A DNA stretch of 64,000 nt, taken from IMG/VR virus record IMGVR_UViG_3300049144_000052, positions 1 through 64,000 of that record, one strand, 5' to 3'. Both the position numbers and the translations under genes were made by a program. This DNA is from a virus. Lineage: Duplodnaviria > Caudoviricetes. This document shows, one piece after another, positions 55,055 to 63,429 of this stretch; position 1 is the stretch's first letter; the number at the start of each line of letters is the position of its first letter. The notes under the pieces were generated by a model. That model ran no database searches. It saw only the letters and a program-made list of their open reading frames with translations, and was not told where the DNA came from.

Positions 55055-55291
55055 ATGAACCTCCAGCAGATCCTCGACCTCTACGAGTGGGAGGAAGGGA
55101 TCTGCTTCCGGCATCCCTGCAAGGGTGAGGTGCTTACGGCTCACATCAAGACGATCCGACCGCCCGCTGGGGGCATCCAAGACATCCGCGCCTGCCAGGG
55201 CTGCGTATTGGATATGGAGGCTCAACGAGCCGGGGCGGCCGAGCGGCGTGGGCAGACCTATGCGCCAGGGAGTCTTCAGCGGGATGAGTAA
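55055..55291 (+). CDS. Small zinc-binding hypothetical protein
   Basis: AGGAG RBS; ICFRH...ACQGC. Confidence 0.68.
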   Translation: MNLQQILDLYEWEEGICFRHPCKGEVLTAHIKTIRPPAGGIQDIRACQGCVLDMEAQRAGAAERRGQTYAPGSLQRDE

Positions 55292-55490
55292 GGGCTGGTG
55301 GAGGGCGCGTAGAGCTTCTCCTCGTGGGGAGCGTCGGGGGAGAATGGCGCCGCTGGGGGGTGGTCGGGGAGATCCAAGATGAACGGATGCGGTGAGCAAT
55401 GCTCGACTATGCATTGCTAAGCACGGCAAAGACTGGCAGTTCAGAAGGCATTTGAGGGTTGCCGCTGGAATTGACGCAGGATCGCGCTGA

Positions 55491-55646
55491 ATGAGCAGCC
55501 ATACGGAGAACATCTGGCTCAGAACCAAGCGGTACAACGCCTCCGGCAAGGTCGTCTCCGGCACCGGTGGCGTCTGCTACCTGTACTTTCCCGCCCGTCT
55601 TTCCCCAGGTCAACGACTCGCACTGGCCTCCGTAGGGATCCGCTGA
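55491..55646 (+). CDS. 51-aa ORF inside the att region; possibly a replacement 3' end of a host gene
   Basis: MSSHTENIWLRTKRYNASGKVVSGTGGVCYLYFPARLSPGQRLALASVGIR; no clear RBS. Confidence 0.35.
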   Translation: MSSHTENIWLRTKRYNASGKVVSGTGGVCYLYFPARLSPGQRLALASVGIR

Positions 55647-55654
55647 CCGTACAA

Positions 55655-55689
55655 GAGGGAGCCCTCCCGGCAGGGGGGAGGGCTCCCTC
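55655..55689. terminator. Strong hairpin between the att ORF and the integrase
   Basis: GAGGGAGCCCTCCC / GGGAGGGCTCCCTC, 14-bp perfect stem. Confidence 0.8.
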
Positions 55690-55733
55690 CAAAGCATGAT
55701 CTGCTCTGGCCGGGGAGAATCTGGGGAGATCCA

Positions 55734-57032
55734 CTACGGAGTAGTCTCGAACCAGTTCTGCATCGCGGTCCGGCCCCGGCCATCCGCCTCGGGCATCATG
55801 TGCGCGTAGATCCGGAGAGTGATCGACGGATCCGCGTGGCCCAGCCACTTCGAGACTGCCACGATCGGCTCACGCGCGTCCAGCTGCACGCTCGCGAACG
55901 TGTGCCTGAGTGCATGGAAGCCGTTCTCCCGGCTTTCCTCGTAGGTGAGGACCCTGCGGAAAGTCCCCGGGCGGTGCAGTATCGGCTGCTTCGTCTCCAC
56001 GGGCTCCGGGATGACGCCGGCGCCGGCCAGCGCTGGCTTCCACACATGATGATCGAAGCCGTCCCGGCGGATGGCCCCGCCGCGGGCCGCGGTGAGAACC
56101 AACGCGTGCGTCTGCGGAGCCCGTTCGTCCCTCTCTCGCTCTGTTTTCGCCGGACGCGGATCCTTCCAGGGCAGTGTCACAGGACGCGCAGGACGACGCT
56201 CCAGCGATTCGGCAATCCGCTTCAGCAGATAATCCGGCACCGGCACCTCCCGCGTCTTCTCGCCCTTGGGCAGCGCGAACGCCAGCTTCGCCCCGACCTT
56301 CTTCACCTGCCGCCGGACCAGAATCCGCCCGCCCCCGAAGTCGATGTCGTCCTCCGACAGACCGAAAACCTCACCCGAGCGCAGCCCGGCCCCCACGCCC
56401 AAGTCGACACAGAGCCGGAACCGCTCGTCCATCGCGGCCTGGACGGCGAGGACACGCTCCTTGGGCCACGCCCGCGGCTTGGCCGGCGGCCGGGTAGGTA
56501 CGCGGAGGGTGGTCTGCTTGCGGCACGGGTTCCGGGTCAGGCGCTCATCGTCGATGGCCGACTGGAAGATCGCGGACAGGTAGCGCCACGACTCGTTGGC
56601 GGTACCGGGCCCGGCAGTCTCCTTGAGCGTCTTCAGCCACTCGCCGAGCTGCTTCGTCTTGATGGAGTTGAGCTGGTAGTTCCCGAGGTGCGCGACGATG
56701 TGCGTCCACACCCGGCCGCGAACCGTGGCCTCGGTGGAAGGGTTGTCGTAGTCCCTTCGGGGCCACCACTCCAACTCGATGTAGTCCTTCAGGAGCATCT
56801 GGCCGCGGCGGGGGTCGATGAACTCGCCGGCGGTGGACTCGTGCTGAGCTTTGGCCAGCCAGGCGTTAGCCCCCTCCGGCCCGTGCAGCTTCTCGAAAGA
56901 CCGGTCCTTGACTCCTGGGATGCCAGCGACTCGGTATCTCTTCCCCTTGCCCCAGCGCTCCGTCTTGCGCTTCTGGCCGGTCGAGGGGTCCGGCTTCTTC
57001 GTCATCCACCGGTCTTCGATGTAACCGGGCAT
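55734..57032 (-). CDS. int: Tyrosine integrase
   Basis: GAGLRSGEVFGL, FHALRHTFAS, LGHADPSITLRIYAH; N-terminal arm-binding region. Confidence 0.95.
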   Translation of the reverse strand: MPGYIEDRWMTKKPDPSTGQKRKTERWGKGKRYRVAGIPGVKDRSFEKLHGPEGANAWLAKAQHESTAGEFIDPRRGQMLLKDYIELEWWPRRDYDNPSTEATVRGRVWTHIVAHLGNYQLNSIKTKQLGEWLKTLKETAGPGTANESWRYLSAIFQSAIDDERLTRNPCRKQTTLRVPTRPPAKPRAWPKERVLAVQAAMDERFRLCVDLGVGAGLRSGEVFGLSEDDIDFGGGRILVRRQVKKVGAKLAFALPKGEKTREVPVPDYLLKRIAESLERRPARPVTLPWKDPRPAKTERERDERAPQTHALVLTAARGGAIRRDGFDHHVWKPALAGAGVIPEPVETKQPILHRPGTFRRVLTYEESRENGFHALRHTFASVQLDAREPIVAVSKWLGHADPSITLRIYAHMMPEADGRGRTAMQNWFETTP

Positions 57033-57054
57033 ATGGCCCCCTCGTGCTTACCCC

Positions 57055-57504
57055 TCAGGCCGCGGACGCCTCGGGCGGATCCATCGTGACGATCTCACCC
57101 TGCCACAGCTGGAACCACTGGCCTCCCGCCAGGAAGCGCTCAGTTGCGGGGTTCATGGCCCGGACGAAATCGTCCGCTGTTGCAGCGCTGGCGACGTGGA
57201 CGGCGACAAGGCCACGACGTTCTCGGACCTCAACGCATTTGCGGAGGTCGATCTGGTCGTCCACCTGGTATGTGACGGTGAGCGGGCTGTCGGGGGAGTT
57301 GGCGCTGATGATCTGGCCGCGCCAGATCTGGAACCAGCAGCAGTTGGCGAGGAACCGTTTCAGCTCGGCGTTGAGGGCTGCGGTGTAGGCAGCGGCGTCG
57401 GCGCTTTCGTGGATGCTGACGTCTATGTGGCCCCGCGATTCCTGCAGGTCGACGAGGCATCCGGGGTTGAGGTCCGGCGTGGTTCTGTACACAACGCGCA
57501 GCAT
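57055..57504 (-). CDS. Hypothetical protein made of two tandem domain repeats
   Basis: Halves end in RFLANCCWFQIWRGQII and RFLAGGQWFQLWQGEIV. Confidence 0.75.
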   Translation of the reverse strand: MLRVVYRTTPDLNPGCLVDLQESRGHIDVSIHESADAAAYTAALNAELKRFLANCCWFQIWRGQIISANSPDSPLTVTYQVDDQIDLRKCVEVRERRGLVAVHVASAATADDFVRAMNPATERFLAGGQWFQLWQGEIVTMDPPEASAA

Positions 57505-57662
57505 GCGACGCCCTCCCGTTGGTGCGGTGCGCTAGGGCTTCGTGTGCCGGAAGCGCACGGTTGTGGAAGGGTACGCCGCGTGAACGAGTGGCGACAATCC
57601 GTTCACGCAATTGTCTACATGGGGACTTTTCCGGTCGATTACCTCGACCGGGTGGGGTTCTT

Positions 57663-58097
57663 CTAGTCGCTCTCGCGGCGTGCACGCTCGTCGGCTTCGA
57701 TCATCGCCCGCCAGCGCCGCAGCTCCGCCTCAGGCATGCCCGCCAAGTGGCCCACGATGATGCGAACTTCGTCGTTGTAGCCGGCCAGCTCGGTGGCTTC
57801 GTACTCGAGCCATTGAGCGGCTGCTGCGGCCTTGAGGCGGCGTTCGCTGACATTCAGCGCAGCAGCGAGGGCCTTGATCTGCTTCGGGCTGGGCGCGTTG
57901 GCCGGCGGGTTGGTAACGAGGCGCTGAAGGTAGGGCTTGGACAGTCTGGTGCCCGACTCGCGGTCAACCGCTCGCTCGGACATCTTGGCGTAGGAGAGGC
58001 CGCGATCGTTGGCGTCCTGGATGAGCCTAGAGAGGGCGCCTACAGGGGGGGTGGGCTGGGCCGCGCCTTGGTCAGGGGCGGTGGCCGCTGCCGTCAT
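57663..58097 (-). CDS. Immunity repressor, XRE-like HTH
   Basis: RGLSYAKMSERA...LSKPYLQRLV...ALAAALNVS; divergent from the Cro-like gene, upstream of int. Confidence 0.8.
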   Translation of the reverse strand: MTAAATAPDQGAAQPTPPVGALSRLIQDANDRGLSYAKMSERAVDRESGTRLSKPYLQRLVTNPPANAPSPKQIKALAAALNVSERRLKAAAAAQWLEYEATELAGYNDEVRIIVGHLAGMPEAELRRWRAMIEADERARRESD

Positions 58098-58196
58098 GTC
58101 CTCTTCCTCTCGGGTCACTGCAGATACCGACTGTCTCTATAGGGGGCGTTGGGCGTCGAGAAAATACCAGCTCAGTCCGTACAACCATCCAGGATC

Positions 58197-58290
58197 CGAG
58201 ACACTTCGTCTACAGATGCATGGTAACGAGCCGGGACTTTTGCCGATAGTCGACTCCGAGTCGTCTCGGATCCGTAGACGATTCGGCTCG
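58197..58290. promoter_or_regulatory. Operator-like repeats in the repressor/Cro intergenic region
   Basis: CGAGACACTTCGTCTAC (58197), inverted CGAGCCGAATCGTCTAC (58274-58290), palindrome CGACTC-C-GAGTCG (58251). Confidence 0.55.
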
Positions 58291-58340
58291 ACTGTGGTTA
58301 CCTATGTCAGGCAAACAGTTCCGCACCACTCGGGGGAATC

Positions 58341-58631
58341 GTGAGTCGACGCTGGGCCCTGCGCAGCATCCCGTTCTTCAGGCACTGCATGCTCAACCCC
58401 GGCCGATGCGAGTCCTTCTCGGTTCGCTCCCTGGCTGAGGCCTCAGGCGTCAGTGCGGGAGTGATTGACAAGCTCCTGACGGGAAGGCAGCGCACCGCCG
58501 ACGTCGATGACGCCATAGCCCTCGCGGAGGCCCTCGGGGTCGCCATAAACCCTCTTTTCGCGCCCCCATCGTCTCCGGAATCGAACCGAACGTCTCGAAC
58601 TAACACCCCGAACACTGAGAGCGAGGAATAG
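58341..58631 (+). CDS. Cro-like XRE HTH protein
   Basis: FSVRSLAEASGVSAGVIDKLLTGRQ...ALAEALGV. Confidence 0.8.
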   Translation: MSRRWALRSIPFFRHCMLNPGRCESFSVRSLAEASGVSAGVIDKLLTGRQRTADVDDAIALAEALGVAINPLFAPPSSPESNRTSRTNTPNTESEE

Positions 58632-58635
58632 ACCA

Positions 58636-58860
58636 ATGCCCAACAAGCCCAAGACCCCACCCAAGGGCTGGCTCTGGAGTGAAGACGCCGCTGACTACCT
58701 GGGCGTCAGCGTCACGACGCTCTACCGCTGGCGACGCGACGGCGTAGGCCCGGCCGGCACGCGCCACGGACTCCGCCCCTACCGCTACAAGATCGCCGAC
58801 CTCGACGCCTGGCTCGAAGGCGACCACGCCGACACCAAGCCGACCCGCGTCGCCGCCTAG
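58636..58860 (+). CDS. Excisionase-like (AlpA/HTH_17) DNA-binding protein
   Basis: EDAADYLGVSVTTLYRWRRDGVGP...RYKIADLDAWL. Confidence 0.85.
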   Translation: MPNKPKTPPKGWLWSEDAADYLGVSVTTLYRWRRDGVGPAGTRHGLRPYRYKIADLDAWLEGDHADTKPTRVAA

Positions 58861-58965
58861 CACCAAACAGCCCCCACCGCCGGGCTTCCACACACCGGCA
58901 GCAGGGGCGTCGCGGCCAAAGCCGCGCGATCCACCCGAAACCATCCGTGAACAGAAGGGCGAACC

Positions 58966-59154
58966 GTGCCTGACATTGTCTCATCCGCCCCGGTAGACGA
59001 CCGCTGCCCCAAGGCCCCGAGTGGCTCACACTCCTGGCGGCCTCCGACGTTCCCCGGGTTCCCGCACCGCTGCGACCACTGCGCCGAGCGCCGCGAGATC
59101 ACCGTCATCGACCTCCGCGAAGCCCTCCGCATCCTCACCGGCGGTGCGTCGTGA
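58966..59154 (+). CDS. Small zinc-binding protein
   Basis: C..H...CDHC residues. Confidence 0.6.
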   Translation: MPDIVSSAPVDDRCPKAPSGSHSWRPPTFPGFPHRCDHCAERREITVIDLREALRILTGGAS

Positions 59155-59891
59155 CCGAGTACGCCGAGATTGCTGCCCACGTCGCCCGCGATGTGAAGGA
59201 CGGCAAGCTGACCGAGCTCCGCGAGGACGGCCTGTACAGGCACGTCGAGTTCACGGCCCTGAAGGGCTGGTCCCGGATCATCCTGGTGACCTGGCCGTAC
59301 AACCTGCTGGTGGCAGGCTCCCACGGCTCGTACCACTTCGAGCGCTTCGGCCCGGACACCGAGGACATGTTCGACTGGCTGCGCGGCATCCGGGTCGAGC
59401 CGGACCGGTGGGCTTCGAAGCTGATCAACGGGGCCGACAGTGTCCGCGAGTACGACCAGGAGCGGCTGAAGAACCAGGTCAAGGCCGAGGTAGCCGAGGC
59501 CGTCAAGGACGGCGCCCCGCGGGGGCTGCGGGCTGCGGTCCGTGAGCAGATCCTGGAGAGCGACCGGCTGCACTCGCGGGACTGGGCCATGCAGATGGTC
59601 TACGACTTCGAGCACGGCGTCACCTACCGCGCCGAGTGCTCGTGCGGCGCCTCCGAGGACCACGACAATCAAAGCGACGCCTATCGCTGGGAGTTCGGCA
59701 AGCATCCCATCCGCCGCTTGGAAGGTGAACACGAGGTCAAGGTCCGCGAGATCGGCGGCTTCGCCTTCTCCGACGTCGGCGACTGGAACCTCGACAAGCT
59801 GAACTACCACTTCGTCTACCAGTGCCACGCCGCATCGTGGGCGATCGGCCAGTACGACGCCACCCGGAAGCAGGTGGCCGCCAATGCCTGA
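59151..59891 (+). CDS. Phage early hypothetical protein
   Basis: GTGA overlap; 246 aa; strong GC3 bias. Confidence 0.78.
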   Translation: MTEYAEIAAHVARDVKDGKLTELREDGLYRHVEFTALKGWSRIILVTWPYNLLVAGSHGSYHFERFGPDTEDMFDWLRGIRVEPDRWASKLINGADSVREYDQERLKNQVKAEVAEAVKDGAPRGLRAAVREQILESDRLHSRDWAMQMVYDFEHGVTYRAECSCGASEDHDNQSDAYRWEFGKHPIRRLEGEHEVKVREIGGFAFSDVGDWNLDKLNYHFVYQCHAASWAIGQYDATRKQVAANA

Positions 59892-60498
59892 GATCGCCCC
59901 CGATCTCGCGGACGAGAGTCGCTGCGTCTCCGTGCACTGGAACTTGCCTGTGCAGTGTGTCTTGCCGCGCGGCCACCGGGAGAACTGGCACGAAGCCTGG
60001 CACCCCCAAACCGGTAACCGACTCCGCTACCAGCGCTCCATGGGCGGCTACGTCACCGAGGAGTTGCACCACGGCAAGTGGCACGACTTGGAGATTCCTC
60101 CGCCGGGCGGCTTCTGCGGCGACCAGTTCGTCAGCACCTTCAACGGCGCTCCGAATGTCCGCTGCACGGGGCAGTACGGCCACGGCTGGAACCACCGCGC
60201 CATCGTCGACGGCTGCACCTACTCGTGGAACACGCCCATCCCGAAGGGCCTGACCGTCGACCAGCTGACCCGCGACGTGAAGCAGCTGCGCGGCATGCTC
60301 GTCGCCGCCCACTCGCGGCTCGCCGAGCTCGAGCGTCCGGCCGTCGAGGCGAACCGCAACGAGATCCGCCAGTCGTTCGCCGATCTCGTCGCCGCAGCCG
60401 AGGAGGCCAAGGACTACGAAGGCGCCTTCGACGTTCAGTGCCGACTCCGCGAGCGAGAGGAGCAGTGGAAGCGCGAAGACGAGGAGGCCACGTCATGA
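59884..60498 (+). CDS. Phage early hypothetical protein
   Basis: Cys/His N-terminal region and a coiled-coil C-terminus. Confidence 0.72.
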   Translation: MPEIAPDLADESRCVSVHWNLPVQCVLPRGHRENWHEAWHPQTGNRLRYQRSMGGYVTEELHHGKWHDLEIPPPGGFCGDQFVSTFNGAPNVRCTGQYGHGWNHRAIVDGCTYSWNTPIPKGLTVDQLTRDVKQLRGMLVAAHSRLAELERPAVEANRNEIRQSFADLVAAAEEAKDYEGAFDVQCRLREREEQWKREDEEATS

Positions 60499-60716
60499 CC
60501 CGCCCGATGCGTGACGTCGACGTCCCGCTGCCGGTGTTGACGCTGCAGGTGGCTGCCGCTCACACCGCGTCCCCGTCGGACCGTCTCGCCTACGCCCTCG
60601 ACGAGTGGCTGCTCGGCCACCCCGAGGCACCCGTCGCCACCGACGCCGACTACCCCGCATGGGCCGCCCAGCTGGCCACCCAACCCACCTACTTCCGCGC
60701 CAAGGAGATGTCGTGA
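60495..60716 (+). CDS. Hypothetical protein
   Basis: ATGA overlap, GAGGAGG RBS; translated by eye. Confidence 0.6.
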   Translation: MTRPMRDVDVPLPVLTLQVAAAHTASPSDRLAYALDEWLLGHPEAPVATDADYPAWAAQLATQPTYFRAKEMS

Positions 60717-61030
60717 CGACGTTCGCTGACCTGTCTCGCCCGATGGCCCTCATGCGTCTCCTCGCCGCCGACCATCCGCACCTGCCCGCCCCGCACGTTG
60801 GGGTGTCGCCGCACTACCCGTACCGGCTGGAACTGTCCGTGCACGGCGACCTCGGCGCATTCGAGGCGTGGCGTGAGGCCCTCGGTGTCGACCCGGAAGC
60901 GGTCCGCCGCAACACGCAGTCCGGCGGCATGACGCTCGTCCTCACCGCCGCCACGACCATCGCGGACGCCCACGTCGAGCTCGTCGGCTACAGCCCCAAC
61001 CTGGCCCTCGTCGCAGAGGCGGTGGCGTGA
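60713..61030 (+). CDS. Hypothetical protein
   Basis: GTGA overlap, AAGGAG RBS. Confidence 0.68.
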   Translation: MTTFADLSRPMALMRLLAADHPHLPAPHVGVSPHYPYRLELSVHGDLGAFEAWREALGVDPEAVRRNTQSGGMTLVLTAATTIADAHVELVGYSPNLALVAEAVA

Positions 61031-61230
61031 TGACGACCGCGACGGAACCCCGCAGGCTGGAGGACTTGGAGCAGGACGCGATCGCCCGCGTGGATGCCGA
61101 GTTCCAGCGCCGCGCCCTCGGCGTCAAGCCGTGGACGTTCGCCGAGTACATCGAGCGTTGCTGCCGCGTCCACGCCCGCTACGAGGCGTTCCGCCAGTGG
61201 CAGCGCCTCCACCCGCAGGCGGTGGCCTGA
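61027..61230 (+). CDS. Hypothetical protein
   Basis: Coupled overlap; 67 aa. Confidence 0.65.
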   Translation: MMTTATEPRRLEDLEQDAIARVDAEFQRRALGVKPWTFAEYIERCCRVHARYEAFRQWQRLHPQAVA

Positions 61231-61412
61231 TGACCATCCTCGACCTGCCCCCGATGCCCGCCGACGCCAACCCGGTCATCCTGCCCGGCCTGCTGTCCGG
61301 CCTTGGTATCACGCCCCGCACCCCGGACCCCGACTTCAAGGCCAGCGTCGACGGCGGATTCACCGAATCGTTCGAGGACTACTGCCAGCGCATCAGCCAG
61401 CTGGACGCCTGA
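61230..61412 (+). CDS. Hypothetical protein
   Basis: TGATG coupling. Confidence 0.6.
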   Translation: MTILDLPPMPADANPVILPGLLSGLGITPRTPDPDFKASVDGGFTESFEDYCQRISQLDA

Positions 61413-61663
61413 TGAGCGGCGGGGAGATAGACACGCTTGGCGTCGGCCCGGTCACCAGCCTGCCGCCGACCCTGCAGCGGGCCGCCGCGATCCGCATCGC
61501 CGACCAGGTCGCCGCGGAGAACCCGAATCCGCTCGACGACACCATGCCGAAGCTCGCCGGCCGCCTCCTCGCCAAAGACCCGGTGGTCGCCGCCGGACTG
61601 CGGGAACTCCTCGACGCCGTCTTCGGTACCCGACTCAACCGCGAACCCCAGGAGGGGCCGTGA
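61412..61663 (+). CDS. Hypothetical protein
   Basis: TGATG coupling. Confidence 0.6.
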   Translation: MSGGEIDTLGVGPVTSLPPTLQRAAAIRIADQVAAENPNPLDDTMPKLAGRLLAKDPVVAAGLRELLDAVFGTRLNREPQEGP

Positions 61664-62097
61664 GCCTGCACCTCCCCAAGCTGAAGGGCCACGGCCGACG
61701 CCGCGCCGTCGACAAGGTCGCGGAGCTCCGCGACGAGAACCGACGGCTGCTCACGATCACGCACCGCGCCGGGGACGACATCGCCCTCCTGCAGGAGAAC
61801 CTCGCCGAGGCCCACGCCAAGCAGGCCGATGCGGAGCTGATCGTCGTGCAGCAGCAGGCCGATATCGACGAGCTCACCGCCGAGCGTGACCTGCTCCGGG
61901 ATGAAGTCCTCAAGTTCCGGGCCCGCTTTGGCCCGCAGCTCGCCGCCGAAGCCAACGCCAACCGCATCACCGTGCCGCCGATGCAGCGCATCGGCGCCGA
62001 TCAGGACACCGGCACGTTCGACGTCACCACGCTCTGGGATGCGGCCGATGCCGGACTCCTCGGACCCGTCACCGACCCCGGCCGCGTGCACGGCTAG
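61660..62097 (+). CDS. Coiled-coil hypothetical protein
   Basis: GTGA overlap, AGGAGG RBS. Confidence 0.7.
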   Translation: MSLHLPKLKGHGRRRAVDKVAELRDENRRLLTITHRAGDDIALLQENLAEAHAKQADAELIVVQQQADIDELTAERDLLRDEVLKFRARFGPQLAAEANANRITVPPMQRIGADQDTGTFDVTTLWDAADAGLLGPVTDPGRVHG

Positions 62098-62109
62098 GGG
62101 GTGGCGTAG

Positions 62110-62385
62110 ATGGCAGTCAAGCCGGCAGTGCACTACATCGCCGCCTGCAACATCTGCGGCGCCGAGTACGACGACGGCGAAGTCGGCGGCTGGTCCGACA
62201 CACCCGCCGACGCAATCGACTGGGTCAACCGCGACGAAGAGTGGACCGCCTACCAGGACGACTGGGTGATCTGCCCCATCGCCGACCCGGCCCACAACCA
62301 CGCCCGCGGCCACGAACCCGACACCAGCGTCCACGTCGGACCGGACCAGATGGCCATCCGCTTCCCCGCCGAACCCGCCGCCTGA
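62110..62385 (+). CDS. Hypothetical zinc-binding protein
   Basis: CNIC...CP..H; similar Cys pattern to 7545..7814. Confidence 0.68.
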   Translation: MAVKPAVHYIAACNICGAEYDDGEVGGWSDTPADAIDWVNRDEEWTAYQDDWVICPIADPAHNHARGHEPDTSVHVGPDQMAIRFPAEPAA

Positions 62386-62497
62386 TCTCGCCGCCGCGCC
62401 GGATGCCACCGGCCGGCGCAGCGGCGGCCAACGCACGAACCCCCGAGCGCTAGAGACGCCCGGGGATCCGACACCAGCATCCCACGGAGGGATTCCC

Positions 62498-63040
62498 GTG
62501 ATCAACGAGACCACCGAGTACCGAATGGTCGTCCACGGCGAGCAGAAGTACACCGTCCGCAACGCCATCCAGGCGGCGCCCGGACTGGTCGTCTTCCGGA
62601 TGCCCGCCGACCAGTCCCTGAACAACCCGGCTCGCTGGCGGATCGGCCACCACGAGGGCCTCGCTATCGCCGAAGCAATGACCCGCGAGAACGCGTTCAA
62701 GGGCGTCGAGATCCTCGTCCAGTCCGGCATCGACTGGACGCAGGGCACCGAAACCATCCAGGCCGCGGTCAGCGGCGACACCGTCCACGACTTGACCACC
62801 AAGCTCAGCTGGGCCTGGTGCGAGCGGCCCGGCAGCAACTACCTGCCCGGCGACGTCAGCAACAACGGCACCTACACCGATGCCGGCATCGAGGAAGCAG
62901 CGGCTGCGGCGAAGGCGGACGGGTTCAACGCCGCGGACATCCTCGTCGCAATGACCCACACCGTGCCGTGGATGGGCCTCGACACCGAGGACTTCAACGA
63001 GGCCCACAACCGCATCACGGAACTCGCCGACGGCGACTAG
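62498..63040 (+). CDS. Hypothetical protein
   Basis: GGAGGG RBS; 180 aa. Confidence 0.72.
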   Translation: MINETTEYRMVVHGEQKYTVRNAIQAAPGLVVFRMPADQSLNNPARWRIGHHEGLAIAEAMTRENAFKGVEILVQSGIDWTQGTETIQAAVSGDTVHDLTTKLSWAWCERPGSNYLPGDVSNNGTYTDAGIEEAAAAAKADGFNAADILVAMTHTVPWMGLDTEDFNEAHNRITELADGD

Positions 63041-63174
63041 CCGGCCCGCCTCCCACAGCCCGCCGTCTGGCGCCTTCCCCCTCGCGCCGCGGCTTCCGAA
63101 GGGTCCCGCTCCCCGACCCTCCCCCTCGTCGAGGAGCGGGACCCACCACCCAGCACACCCATTTGGAGCCTCAC

Positions 63175-63429
63175 ATGAGCACCAGCAGCCCCACCATCCC
63201 GGCGGACGTCGCCGCGCACGTCCTGTTCCACTACGGCCGCGAAGGCGGCTACCAGGCCGGCGGATTCACCGAACTCATCATCAGCGCCATCGACCGCGCC
63301 GACCCCGCCAACAAGGCGAAGCTGGAACTCGGCTTCCCCGACTACGTCGCCGCCGTCAACGTCATCCAGTACTCCGGCACCGGCGTGGAGTACCTGCAGA
63401 CCATCGTCCGCGGCGGGGCCGCCGCATGA
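63175..63429 (+). CDS. Hypothetical protein
   Basis: GGAG RBS, ATG 63175. Confidence 0.68.
   Translation: MSTSSPTIPADVAAHVLFHYGREGGYQAGGFTELIISAIDRADPANKAKLELGFPDYVAAVNVIQYSGTGVEYLQTIVRGGAAA

Larger units (their letters stand above)
55326..55733. other. Candidate intact attP with arm-type repeats on both sides
   Basis: GGGGAGAAT (55337, 55712) and GGGGAGATCCA (55366, 55723) flank an AT-richer core; abuts the integrase stop codon. Confidence 0.65.
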
